The notes below the pieces were generated by a model that ran no database searches, was not told the origin of the DNA, and saw only the letters and a list, made by a program, of their open reading frames with translations. Below are positions 47,380-56,712 of a stretch of DNA of 61,437 nt, piece after piece. Source of the stretch: Deltaproteobacteria bacterium (GTDB lineage Bacteria > Bdellovibrionota > FAC87 > UBA2466); assembly GCA_016875135.1 (NCBI GenBank), contig VGSE01000001.1, positions 1 to 61,437 of the forward strand, in the 5' to 3' direction. The translations under genes were made by a program, and so were the position numbers. Within the stretch, counting starts at the first letter, position 1. Each line of letters starts with the position of its first letter.

Positions 47380-48644
47380 TTTTTTAATTTTTCTATCGCT
47401 TCGTCCAGCACACTTTCCGTGTGAGCTTCAGAAACAAAACCTACCTCAAATGGGGATGGAGCAAAGTAAACCCCTGCTTCAAGTGCCAAACCAAAAAACT
47501 TAGCATAGGCCTTTTTATCGTCATCAGTGATGATAGGTGGGAATACCCCATCAAGTTTACGATGGCTCATCCAAAAAACAGATCCTAATTGAGAAAAATC
47601 CCAATCCGGGAGAACTTCTTCTTTCAGTCGAGCTACGAAACGTCGTGTTCGTGTCTCAAGGAAATCGTAGGGGGGGGTTGACATCAATTCAGTCAGCACC
47701 GCAATCCCTGCTGCCGTAGCTAACGGATTTCCCGAAAGAGTTCCTGCCTGATAAACGGGCCCCAAGGGGGCTAAGTAGGACATACACTGTTTCGTCCCAA
47801 CACAAGCAGCCAATGGAAGCCCACCGCCAATAATTTTTCCAAGAGTCACCAAATCCGGTTTCAAATTAAAATATCCACTTGCGCCGGACAAACCAAATCT
47901 GAAACCCGAAATCACTTCGTCAAAAATCACAAGAGCACCGTGAAGTTTTGCCAGCATGCAAATCTCTTCAAGTTGTGCTTGCCTTGGAACCCACAACCCT
48001 TCGTTTGCTGGAATAGGTTCTAAAATGACTGCTGCAATCTCTTTTCCGTATTGTTTAAAAGCCCTCTCCAAACTTTCCGCAGAATCATATCTGGCGATTA
48101 CAGTCTCTTTCACAATACTGTCTGGAACTCCTTGTGAGCTACTCTCAGTTAACTCAGCAACACCGCTTCCCGCCTTGGCCAATAACCCATCGCTATGCCC
48201 ATGATAACAACCTTCAAATTTTAAAATCTTTGGACGCTGGGTGACTCCACGAGCGACTCGAATAGCAGTCATGACCGCTTCGGTACCGCTATTAAGCAGG
48301 CGAACTTGATCTAAATAAGAATAATTTTTCAAAATAAGCTCGGCCAATTTAACTTCTTTTGCATGACAAGCCCCAAACGTAGTGGCCTTGAGCGCCTGCT
48401 CGGAAATGGCCGAAACAACTTTGGGGTGAGAGTGTCCAAGAATGAGTGGACCAAACGAAGCGCAAAAATCGATATAGCGATTTCCATCGACATCAAATAG
48501 ATAAGGCCCTTCGCCTCGGTCAAAGTAAATGGGATTTCTCCCTACTTGCCTGAAGGCTCTTACAGGAGAATTAACTCCACCCGGAATGATGGTTTGTGCT
48601 CTCTGAAACAATTCTTGGGACTTATCCGTTTTCATTTTAACCAT
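47367..48644 (-). CDS. hemL: Glutamate-1-semialdehyde 2,1-aminomutase
   Basis: GGVNSPVRAF, and the PLP-Lys region LGKIIGGGLP. The alternative start at 48635 would give an ATGA overlap with the hemB stop. Confidence 0.92.
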   Translation of the reverse strand: MVKMKTDKSQELFQRAQTIIPGGVNSPVRAFRQVGRNPIYFDRGEGPYLFDVDGNRYIDFCASFGPLILGHSHPKVVSAISEQALKATTFGACHAKEVKLAELILKNYSYLDQVRLLNSGTEAVMTAIRVARGVTQRPKILKFEGCYHGHSDGLLAKAGSGVAELTESSSQGVPDSIVKETVIARYDSAESLERAFKQYGKEIAAVILEPIPANEGLWVPRQAQLEEICMLAKLHGALVIFDEVISGFRFGLSGASGYFNLKPDLVTLGKIIGGGLPLAACVGTKQCMSYLAPLGPVYQAGTLSGNPLATAAGIAVLTELMSTPPYDFLETRTRRFVARLKEEVLPDWDFSQLGSVFWMSHRKLDGVFPPIITDDDKKAYAKFFGLALEAGVYFAPSPFEVGFVSEAHTESVLDEAIEKLKKCRL

Positions 48645-49615
48645 CCCTCAGAAGCCATAAACTCTGCAAAATAGGTAATCAAAATATCGGCCCCAGCTCG
48701 TCTAATTGAGGTCAAATTTTCCATCGCAAGCTTTTGCTCATTGGCTAGCCCTTCACGAGCCATGAGTTTTACCATCTGATATTCTGCACTGACACTGTAG
48801 GCCGCCACCGGAACCGTACTTCGCTCTTTAAAAGCCCGAATCACATCTAAATAGGCCAAAGCAGGTTTTACCATGACCATATCGGCCCCTTCACTCAAGT
48901 CGAGTTCCAGCTCCCTTAAAGCCTCAGTATGATTTCTAAAATCCATTTGATAAGTCGATCGATCTCCTTTAGGTGATGAACCTAAAGCCTCTCGAAAAGG
49001 GCCGTAGTAACTCGAAGCGTATTTGGCCGTATAGGCCATGATTGAGGTTTGTTCAAACCCCTGCTCATCCAGCAAATTTCGAATATAACCCACTCTAAAA
49101 TCCATCATGTCAGAAGGAGCCACAATGTCCACACCACTTCTAGCATGAGTGAGAGCCATTTGTCCTAGAGCAACAAGAGAAGAATCGTTTTCAATTTCTT
49201 CCCCTTCCATCAAACCGCAATGCCCCTGGGAAGTGTAAGGGCAAAGGCAAACATCCGAGAGCAAAATAATAGAATCAGAAAAACGTTCTTTAAGTTTTCG
49301 AATGGCTTGAGGAAGCGTCCCTTTCTCCTCATAAGCTGGAGTTCCTTGATCGTTTTTTTCTTTCTCAGGAACCGAACCAAACAGTAGAAAAGTGTTGAGT
49401 CCATGCTTTAGATCTTTTTCTATCTTCTCAGAAAGTTTTTCTATTCCCCATCGGTAGACGTCCGTAAAACCTTTGATTTCTTCCCGGGCATCGATTTTAT
49501 GTGCAAGAAAATAGGGCTGTACTAAATTCTCAAGATGAAGATCGGTTTCGTGCACCAAATTTCTGACTAACGCATTTCTTCTTAATCTTCTGGGACGATG
49601 AGTATTTCCTATCAT
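48632..49615 (-). CDS. hemB: Porphobilinogen synthase (Zn-type)
   Basis: N-terminal RPRRLRRN, a Cys-rich Zn site CLCPYTSQGHCG, and the Schiff-base Lys region MVKPA. Confidence 0.92.
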   Translation of the reverse strand: MIGNTHRPRRLRRNALVRNLVHETDLHLENLVQPYFLAHKIDAREEIKGFTDVYRWGIEKLSEKIEKDLKHGLNTFLLFGSVPEKEKNDQGTPAYEEKGTLPQAIRKLKERFSDSIILLSDVCLCPYTSQGHCGLMEGEEIENDSSLVALGQMALTHARSGVDIVAPSDMMDFRVGYIRNLLDEQGFEQTSIMAYTAKYASSYYGPFREALGSSPKGDRSTYQMDFRNHTEALRELELDLSEGADMVMVKPALAYLDVIRAFKERSTVPVAAYSVSAEYQMVKLMAREGLANEQKLAMENLTSIRRAGADILITYFAEFMASEGWLK

Positions 49616-50349
49616 AAAACCTCTCCAATCCTTTCAAAGCTTGAACCGGGAAGTAGTTCACTTGGAATCCCCTTTTTCTTTAAATGCTCTTGAGTAAAAG
49701 CTCCAATTGCAATCACTTTGACTCCAGCGGGCAATGCTAAAATACTCAGCACCGCTTCTACCGAAGTAGGACTAGTAAAAACTACGGCTTCAACCCCTTT
49801 TAAATCTCCCCCCGGGATAGACCCAAGTAGATTGGGGCGAGTTTGAGTTCGATAAAGCGGAATCACAGTCACCGAACAGCTCAATTCTGAAAGTCTCTCT
49901 GCTATTTTTAGTCGGCCCCCTTCGGCCATCGGAATCACAACAGTCGGTTTTTGACTGTTATTACTAATCAAGTCCTCAAACTCTGACAGAAAAATTTCGC
50001 TTCCCGCCTCAGTGGGGTAAAAATCGGGAGTGTAACCATCTGCTCCCGCTGCTTCAGAAGTGCTCTGTCCTATACAAGCTACCTGCGTCTCCAGAGGAAA
50101 ATCCAACCCAGCTTCTACCATCGTTTCGCTCCAAAAACGAACGGCTCTAGGGCTAGTAAAAATGATCCACTCATACGGCTTTTGAATGACTCGCTTTAAA
50201 ACATCTTCGCCAACTTGCAATTTTTTAAACTCCAGAACCGGCCACTGGACCCACTGAACCGAGAGATCCGAATCGGAACTGGGACCTGGAATATTTTCCT
50301 CAAGATCTCGATTTTCCCCTGTTACAACGATCTTAATAATTCTAGCCAT
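49612..50349 (-). CDS. hemD: Uroporphyrinogen-III synthase
   Basis: 245 aa with duplicated FTSPRAV and FTSPTSV motifs. It lies between hemC and hemB. Confidence 0.75.
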   Translation of the reverse strand: MARIIKIVVTGENRDLEENIPGPSSDSDLSVQWVQWPVLEFKKLQVGEDVLKRVIQKPYEWIIFTSPRAVRFWSETMVEAGLDFPLETQVACIGQSTSEAAGADGYTPDFYPTEAGSEIFLSEFEDLISNNSQKPTVVIPMAEGGRLKIAERLSELSCSVTVIPLYRTQTRPNLLGSIPGGDLKGVEAVVFTSPTSVEAVLSILALPAGVKVIAIGAFTQEHLKKKGIPSELLPGSSFERIGEVL

Positions 50350-51274
50350 TCAAAAACCCCTTTGTCTTTTCGATAATACTATCGACGAGAGTCTCCTCGT
50401 CTTGGCAACAAATGTCAAAATGATGAAAACTAAGCCAGTCTTTATAGAGAGATTTTCTGTCTTTTAAAACACCAATAAATACTTTTGTTTTAAACAGATT
50501 TCCTTCTCTGTAACAGCGAATACCTAGAGGCAGGGTGCAGCCCCCAAACAGCCCTTTCAAAACTCGCCTCTCGATCCGTGTTTCAATTTCACTTTCTAAG
50601 TGATGAATTTTCTTAAGAGCCTCTTTCAGTTCTTGAGAAGCATCCCGACGTATTTCGACAGCCAAAGCCCCTTGACCGGGCGCCGGGGGAAATTCTCTTT
50701 CCGCCAACTTAACAACATGCAGCCCTTCAAGATTAAACTTCAACCTCTCTAAACCGGCTGCAGCAAGAACCGTTGCATCAAAACGCCTGTCTCGGATGGC
50801 GTTAACTCGAGTAGGAACATTACCCCGAATAGGAGAAATCTTAAGGTCGGACCTGGCACTTAACAGCTGACCTTCTCTTCGAAGCGAGCTGGTTCCCACA
50901 TGGGCCGATCTTTGCAGAAATAGAGGTTGAGCACCATCAAAAGCCTCAGGATGAATAATTAGCCAGTCTTCAGTCGAAAACCGAGAAGTAATCGCCCCCA
51001 CACAAAGCTCAACAGGTTGTTCAGTCGGCAGGTCTTTTAAAGAGTGGACCGCTAAGTCGATCTCTTTTTGAATTAACGCCTCTTCCAATTGTTTAGTAAA
51101 AAGACCTGGGGTCATGTTTTCGATCTGATAGAGAGCTTCTTTAGAATTTTGATCCCCGCGGCTCTCGATAAGAACCAACTCAGTTTCGATGCCTAAATTT
51201 TTCAAGGCCTCTAAAACATGAGTCGACTGTGTTCTTGCTAATTCACTTTTTCGAGTGCCTAACCGATACTTCAT
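50342..51274 (-). CDS. hemC: Hydroxymethylbilane synthase (porphobilinogen deaminase)
   Basis: N-terminal LGTRKSELARTQ, and a cofactor Cys in the GGCTLPLG region. Confidence 0.9.
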   Translation of the reverse strand: MKYRLGTRKSELARTQSTHVLEALKNLGIETELVLIESRGDQNSKEALYQIENMTPGLFTKQLEEALIQKEIDLAVHSLKDLPTEQPVELCVGAITSRFSTEDWLIIHPEAFDGAQPLFLQRSAHVGTSSLRREGQLLSARSDLKISPIRGNVPTRVNAIRDRRFDATVLAAAGLERLKFNLEGLHVVKLAEREFPPAPGQGALAVEIRRDASQELKEALKKIHHLESEIETRIERRVLKGLFGGCTLPLGIRCYREGNLFKTKVFIGVLKDRKSLYKDWLSFHHFDICCQDEETLVDSIIEKTKGFLNG

Positions 51275-52491
51275 GACACACTTATAAAGTCGGTTTCAGA
51301 ATGGGTTACTCTTCGCAGGATTTCTCTTAAGTGTTCTCGGGAAAGGTGTAAATTCTTTTTGACTAATTTTTCGGCAATTTTTTTTATTCTAGCTTGGTAC
51401 TCTTCCGGAACCTCTTTCTCAATCATTTCCAATGCGGACTCCAACTCTTTTAAAAACTCAGGTTCGATAGAATTAAAATCCCTAATGATGGGTTTTTCTT
51501 TTTGATCCAAGCAATAGACCTTCATAGCCTCTTCTATCATCTTTTCGGCAATAGATACACTCTCGGCCCGCTCTAAACTGTTGCTCCTGGCCTCATCCAT
51601 CAAATCTTCCATGTGGATCACCCTCACGGGCTTAAAAACAAAGTGCTCCACATCCGCAGGCTCGGCAAAATCAAAAACCAGTTTTTTCTCTTCACCCAAT
51701 TTTTCAAAAAATGTTTTCTTAAAGATCGGTTCAATACTAGCAGTGGAAGTAAACAAATGGGAAAAAGAGGTTTTTCCTTTTAAGAATTCGGAAAGCGAAA
51801 GGAGTTCAACCCCATGAAACTCAGGATAACTTTTTAGAGCTTCCACATTTCGGTTTACCCAAACCACAGGGCACTGGCTTCGATTTTTTTTGAGCCACTG
51901 AAGTACCATCAAACTAATCGGGCTTCGCCCGACAACCACCGCTTTTTTGAGTGGATAATCTGACTCCATTGATGCCAAATATTTTAATCCCAAAGACGCA
52001 ACAGAAACTGGTTTCTCTGCAATCGAAGTCTCACTTCGAACTTTCTTAGCCGTTTCGAAACTCAAGTGGAAACACTGCTCTAAATGTTTGTCGATAGGCA
52101 GGTTGTTTTCCCTATTAAAGGACAAAGCTCCTTTAAGTTGCCCCAAAATTTGGGGTTCTCCAACCACCATCGACTCCAACGAGGAGGCCAATCTCATTAA
52201 GTGGCGCAAAGCCGATTTTCCTTCAAAGTGATACCCGCGATAGTAGTCCTCTTCTGTAAGACCAAACTCTTTTAAAACCGCAAGCCAAAGAGGTCGCGTA
52301 TCACAAAAGTAATCTTCAGCGGTTGTATAAAACTCTACTCGATTACAGGTCCACAAATAGACAATATCCTTAAAGCCTAAAGACTTGAGATTATTTAGTT
52401 TTTTGGCCCTGTCAGGCAAAGCAATAGAAAGCCTTTTTCGCAAATCCGCTGAACTGCGCCTAAAATCTGTTCCCCATAAGTGAATTTTCAT
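51271..52491 (-). CDS. hemA: Glutamyl-tRNA reductase
   Basis: The catalytic Cys motif is WTCNRVEFY. It has a central NAD(P) domain and is the first gene of the hem operon. Confidence 0.85.
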   Translation of the reverse strand: MKIHLWGTDFRRSSADLRKRLSIALPDRAKKLNNLKSLGFKDIVYLWTCNRVEFYTTAEDYFCDTRPLWLAVLKEFGLTEEDYYRGYHFEGKSALRHLMRLASSLESMVVGEPQILGQLKGALSFNRENNLPIDKHLEQCFHLSFETAKKVRSETSIAEKPVSVASLGLKYLASMESDYPLKKAVVVGRSPISLMVLQWLKKNRSQCPVVWVNRNVEALKSYPEFHGVELLSLSEFLKGKTSFSHLFTSTASIEPIFKKTFFEKLGEEKKLVFDFAEPADVEHFVFKPVRVIHMEDLMDEARSNSLERAESVSIAEKMIEEAMKVYCLDQKEKPIIRDFNSIEPEFLKELESALEMIEKEVPEEYQARIKKIAEKLVKKNLHLSREHLREILRRVTHSETDFISVS

Positions 52492-52531
52492 AACTACCTA
52501 ACTATATTTTATAGCGATTTTTTATCCCTAA

Positions 52532-52549
52532 TTGTCACAGGACTGTCAC
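52532..52549. promoter_or_regulatory. Pho-box-like direct repeat (TTGTCAC-AGGA-CTGTCAC) in the hemA / orphan-ORF divergent region
   Basis: Two 7-nt direct repeats are separated by 4 nt, giving an 11-bp period. This is the architecture bound by OmpR/PhoB-family dimers. It lies 41-58 nt upstream of the hemA ATG and 64-81 nt upstream of the ATG at 52613. Confidence 0.4.
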
Positions 52550-52612
52550 CAAAAAAACTGGAAGTTTTTAAGAAGATGGCGTACATACCTTAGACATTTT
52601 TGTTAGGAGTTG

Positions 52613-53132
52613 ATGTCTGAAAACCTTAAACTTTTTTCTGTTCTTATTTACTTTTTCTGTATTCTCCTGGGGAGCTGATATTTCAGTTAAAGGGAGAAAC
52701 TACACCCGCTCTTGCGGATATTTTACTTCGGTAGAGGCAGATATAACGGTCTCTTTCAGAGATGTTACCCTACCCTGGGGTTCCGAAGTTACTTTAGTCA
52801 GTGGTTGGGCAGGTCGAGAGGGTTTTCCGGAAAAACGGTTTGAATGGAGAGACCGAGAAGAGATACTAACGAAATCCACGGCTCCCTACACTTGGACCAC
52901 AACCCTAAAAAAAACTTTACACTCTCGCTCTAAAGCCATTTTTAGAGACACGTTGAACTTTGTTTTTAAAGTGTCCGTCCCTGGCAGATCCCCTTACTTC
53001 GTTAATGGTGCGACCCCTTGGGGCTTTTACTCAAGCTTGGTCACTGAAAATGGCCCCGGCCCCTGTGTTTCAGGACTTGAAGCTCTTCCAGAATTTAGAT
53101 CTCTTGAAGTTCAAGTCGTCGAAAAGTTCTAG
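52613..53132 (+). pseudogene. Frame-interrupted gene for a ~170-aa secreted protein, absent from the ORF track (or an intact gene affected by a sequencing or homopolymer length error)
   Basis: AGGAG then ATG at 52613 opens a 21-codon signal-like peptide (MSENLKLFSVLIYFFCILLGS) that stops at 52676-52678. The +1 frame is open from 52614 to 53129 (172 codons, stop 53130-53132) with protein-like composition and no ATG, GTG or TTG start in its first 113 codons (first is TTG at 52953). Removing one T from the T6 run at 52632-52637 joins the two frames. Confidence 0.55.
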
Positions 53133-53145
53133 GAAATGGGTGTGA

Positions 53146-54285
53146 GTGGGAACTAACTTGTCTAACTCTGGTTCTAAAACTCAACTCCTTAATGCAACTG
53201 CCGATAATATCAATCTCGCTATTGAAGCTTTAAAGTCGGGAGATGTGATCGGTTTTCCCACGGAAACCGTCTATGGTTTAGCTGGGAATGCCTTAAACGA
53301 TGAGGCTATTGCTAAAATTTTCCTCTACAAAAGTCGCCCTTCTTTTGATCCGTTAATTGTCCATGTTGCCGAGACGCTTCAATCCTGCACCGCTCTCGCC
53401 GAGGCTGAAATTATTGATTTACGAACCATGACCCACGATCAAATCTCAACCTGCGATCAACTCATTCAGATTTTTTGGCCCGGCCCATTGACTCTGATTT
53501 TTCCAAAACATGAAAGAGTGTCCGAGCTTGTGACAAGCTCGTTGCCCACAGTCGCCTTAAGAGCCCCAGCTCATCTAGTGGCACAAAAACTTTTACGACA
53601 AAGCGGTTTGCCCTTAGCGGCTCCGAGCGCCAATCAATTTGGGAGAATTAGTCCGACTAAATCTCAACATGTCATTGAGGAATTAGGGGCACAACTTAAG
53701 TTTTGCTTAGAAGGTGGCGAATGCCAAATCGGGGTAGAATCCACGATTGCATCGGTCAACTTTCGGGGCGAAGTTTCTGTTTTAAGACCAGGAGGGCTCT
53801 CCTTAGAGATCTTAGAAAAACATCTAGGAAAGTTATTTCAGGGGCTTCATACAGAACTAGGCCTACCGTCTGTAGCGGCAAAATCCCCAGTGGCTCCAGG
53901 GCTTCTCGAGTCTCATTATGCTCCCAGAAAACTTATGCTTCGAATTCAAACCGATTGGAATGAGACCGAATTAAAAAATCTCTATCGCTCATTACCTAAA
54001 AATCTTTCGCAAGTAACAAAAGTATCTATTTTGTCCTCTTTTCCTCTGCCCTTTGAAACTCAACACATAATCCGAAACACTTTTACTCAAGCCGAATTTT
54101 TTTCTTTAACTGCAGAAGGAAATGATAGCTTAACGGCAGCAAGAAACTTATTTGCCCAACTTAGAACACTTGACCAAAGTGACAGCGAACTTATTGTCTG
54201 CGAGCTACCCAAATCTCAAAAAGACCTTTGGCCCGCTATTAGAGACCGTTTGACTCGAGCCAGTAAGAAGTATTGGACTCCTTAA
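53146..54285 (+). CDS. sua5: L-threonylcarbamoyladenylate synthase, long Sua5-type (YrdC + Sua5 domains)
   Basis: GDVIGFPTETVYGLAGNA and LAAPSANQFGRISPT, with a C-terminal Sua5 domain (IGVESTIA). It has a GTG start. Confidence 0.87.
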   Translation: MGTNLSNSGSKTQLLNATADNINLAIEALKSGDVIGFPTETVYGLAGNALNDEAIAKIFLYKSRPSFDPLIVHVAETLQSCTALAEAEIIDLRTMTHDQISTCDQLIQIFWPGPLTLIFPKHERVSELVTSSLPTVALRAPAHLVAQKLLRQSGLPLAAPSANQFGRISPTKSQHVIEELGAQLKFCLEGGECQIGVESTIASVNFRGEVSVLRPGGLSLEILEKHLGKLFQGLHTELGLPSVAAKSPVAPGLLESHYAPRKLMLRIQTDWNETELKNLYRSLPKNLSQVTKVSILSSFPLPFETQHIIRNTFTQAEFFSLTAEGNDSLTAARNLFAQLRTLDQSDSELIVCELPKSQKDLWPAIRDRLTRASKKYWTP

Positions 54286-54310
54286 ATTCTGTCACAAAAT
54301 TCGACTGAAT

Positions 54311-55504
54311 TTACTTAGTTGCAGGCAAACCTTTATCTTTTTTCAGTTTAGCGTACCAATTTTTCCAACTCGTCACATCACTCATAGAAAATTCTTTACC
54401 CGACACCTTTTTAAGGGTGTTATGAGCCAACTCTTTTTGATCGGGAACTTTAGTTTCAAGTAGAAGTAGTAAATTTGGAATCGCGTCTCTTAAAATTTCC
54501 TCTCTTGCCGAGCTTGAGTTTTTGGCCAGCATGTAAACGACATAAACCGATTTAGACCGATCGGTAGCTCGAGGATAATTCAAAGCCGCTATCAAAGGTT
54601 TCACTGGAATCACAAACTGAGGATAAAACTCGGCTATTTCTCCTAGAACTCGTAGGGCATTGTTTCTAACAATCGGATCCGAATCTCGAGACCGCTCAAC
54701 AAGCAAAGGTACAATCTTTTTACCATCGGTTTCATAAGGTAACAAAAAAGCGGCACTTGCTCTAAATTCGGGACGTTTATCTTTTGAGATAATTTCAGAT
54801 AGCTTAGCGAAGTTCTTTTTGACCCCTGCAGCGAAAAGAGGGCCATATTTTTTGAGTTTGGTGTGGTCATGGCCAAATGGACAGTGTAGAGCAGAACACT
54901 TTTGCCCATCGGTTACAATCTCTCCGGCTTCCACCAAATTCATGCTTATGTTTTCATACTCCATCCAGGATTGAATAAGCGAATCCGGATCGGGAAATAG
55001 CTCGGTCGGATCAGGAAGAAAATGATTTCTACTCTGAACATCTGCAGCCTCTACAACGTCCAATACGATATGAACCGAGAAATTATCGGGCTCAAAAAAT
55101 TGCACTACGCTAAACTCGGCGAAGGGAAAGTTATATTTTTTCTGGATTTTTTGAATCAATCTCTTCTCTAGTTCAAGACTTGACGGGTCCCCGCCTAACC
55201 CTTTTTGTATCCATTCGTTAAATTCAGGCCCTAACTCTTCTTTTAGAATTACTTCATTTAATTTTTGGGTTCCAAAAACACCGATAGAACCTAAGTAGGG
55301 TTTGGGAATTGCCGCCTCTTCCGATCCTGCCATGGGCTCAGGCTTTTCCCCACTCCCCTTCCAAAGCTTTTTTGTGACTCCGGCAGAATCACTTTCTTTG
55401 ATGACTTGGGTCTTTTTATTGAGAGGAAGAGTATCGCTGGCAGCGAATAGAACCGGGGTTAAAAAGGAAAAAAATGAAATGATTAGCGATACAATAGTCT
55501 TCAT
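54311..55504 (-). CDS. Secreted HEAT/armadillo-like repeat protein
   Basis: It has a signal peptide (MKTIVSLIISFFSFLTPVLFA). The C-terminal half has HEAT-like units, for example DSDPIVRNNALRVLGEIA. Confidence 0.5.
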   Translation of the reverse strand: MKTIVSLIISFFSFLTPVLFAASDTLPLNKKTQVIKESDSAGVTKKLWKGSGEKPEPMAGSEEAAIPKPYLGSIGVFGTQKLNEVILKEELGPEFNEWIQKGLGGDPSSLELEKRLIQKIQKKYNFPFAEFSVVQFFEPDNFSVHIVLDVVEAADVQSRNHFLPDPTELFPDPDSLIQSWMEYENISMNLVEAGEIVTDGQKCSALHCPFGHDHTKLKKYGPLFAAGVKKNFAKLSEIISKDKRPEFRASAAFLLPYETDGKKIVPLLVERSRDSDPIVRNNALRVLGEIAEFYPQFVIPVKPLIAALNYPRATDRSKSVYVVYMLAKNSSSAREEILRDAIPNLLLLLETKVPDQKELAHNTLKKVSGKEFSMSDVTSWKNWYAKLKKDKGLPATK

Positions 55505-55560
55505 AAAGACTATTGTATCAAGAAATTAAAAAATTGGGTTTTGAAACGATTCCGCGACCG

Positions 55561-56556
55561 TTACAGGTTGATACCCCAGACTAACTGGGCAACACCTTTT
55601 TGAAATCCGTTAGACAGATCCAACCCGCTTCCGTAAGCGGAGATCAAATTATCAGTATAATAAGAAATACCCACTGTGTGAATTGGATTAATTTCGTAGT
55701 CCAACTCAGGCCAGAAAATCATCAATTTTCGCCAATTACCAGGGCTAGTTACTCCGGCGTCCTGACGAAAAGTACTCAGTTGATAAATCAAAGGCAAATA
55801 CAAGCTGAATTTTTCAGCAGGATGAATTTCCTGATTAAGAACAAACTGATGGTCAAAAGCAGGATTAGCTGCTACTGCCCCGTCTAAACCTGCAACAGAA
55901 GCTCGATTGTAGACGTGAAGGATAGGACGATAATCAAAATCAGTTTTAAAAAAATCATTGTATTTGTGAGAAATCTGAAACTGATTTCTAATAGTCGTGA
56001 CATACCCTGCTTTGAATTTGTTTCGGTCAGTTGGGGTTATTAAACGGAGCTGATAAGCTGCCATCCATTTCTCATTGCTGCTTTTCCAAACGTCTCTGGC
56101 TTTGAAATAGAAAAATCCGTCATTGGCAGTTAGATTAAGCCCCTGCGTACTGGGCAAATTGCTTATTAGATTGGTTGAAAACCACTGAGCGTAACCCAAT
56201 TTCATATTAGGAGCGATCTTAAACCCGGCATCAGCGGTATTTTCTGTGTGGATCTCTCCGATTTTAGTCGTGTAAGAAGGACGAAACTCTAAGTAACCAT
56301 ACAGAGATTCAATCCCTGTAGCAGAAACCAGTGCACTCGTTGAACTTGAAGCATTTTTCGATTTCGTTAAATTAGGTCTTAAGTTTGAGGAAACCGCAGC
56401 CCGACTTTGAGAGGGACTAGCCTTAGTTGATGAAGTCTTGGTGCTATTAACATCCGAAAACCCCCCAGTCGATAAGAACAGAAATGTAAATGAAGAGACC
56501 CAAAAACGCTTTAATGACATGAACCCCTCTTGGAATATAAAGCCTTTTTTAAACAC
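55561..56556 (-). CDS. Putative outer-membrane beta-barrel protein
   Basis: It has a signal peptide (likely start MSLKRFWVSSFTFLFL), a Ser/Thr-rich linker, and alternating hydrophobic beta-strand patterns with aromatic girdles. Confidence 0.45.
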   Translation of the reverse strand: MFKKGFIFQEGFMSLKRFWVSSFTFLFLSTGGFSDVNSTKTSSTKASPSQSRAAVSSNLRPNLTKSKNASSSTSALVSATGIESLYGYLEFRPSYTTKIGEIHTENTADAGFKIAPNMKLGYAQWFSTNLISNLPSTQGLNLTANDGFFYFKARDVWKSSNEKWMAAYQLRLITPTDRNKFKAGYVTTIRNQFQISHKYNDFFKTDFDYRPILHVYNRASVAGLDGAVAANPAFDHQFVLNQEIHPAEKFSLYLPLIYQLSTFRQDAGVTSPGNWRKLMIFWPELDYEINPIHTVGISYYTDNLISAYGSGLDLSNGFQKGVAQLVWGINL

Positions 56557-56712
56557 GCTTGCGAAGGATGGACTCTATCAAATGCGGCGCGTTAAATCAA
56601 TAGCAATCTTATTAAGCCATTAAATTTCGTATACTTAAGCTATCTCAAAGGCGAAAATTATCAGCAGAGTCTTTCGTGACTTCTGGCTATAAGATAGGGT
56701 AGAAGACTTCTC

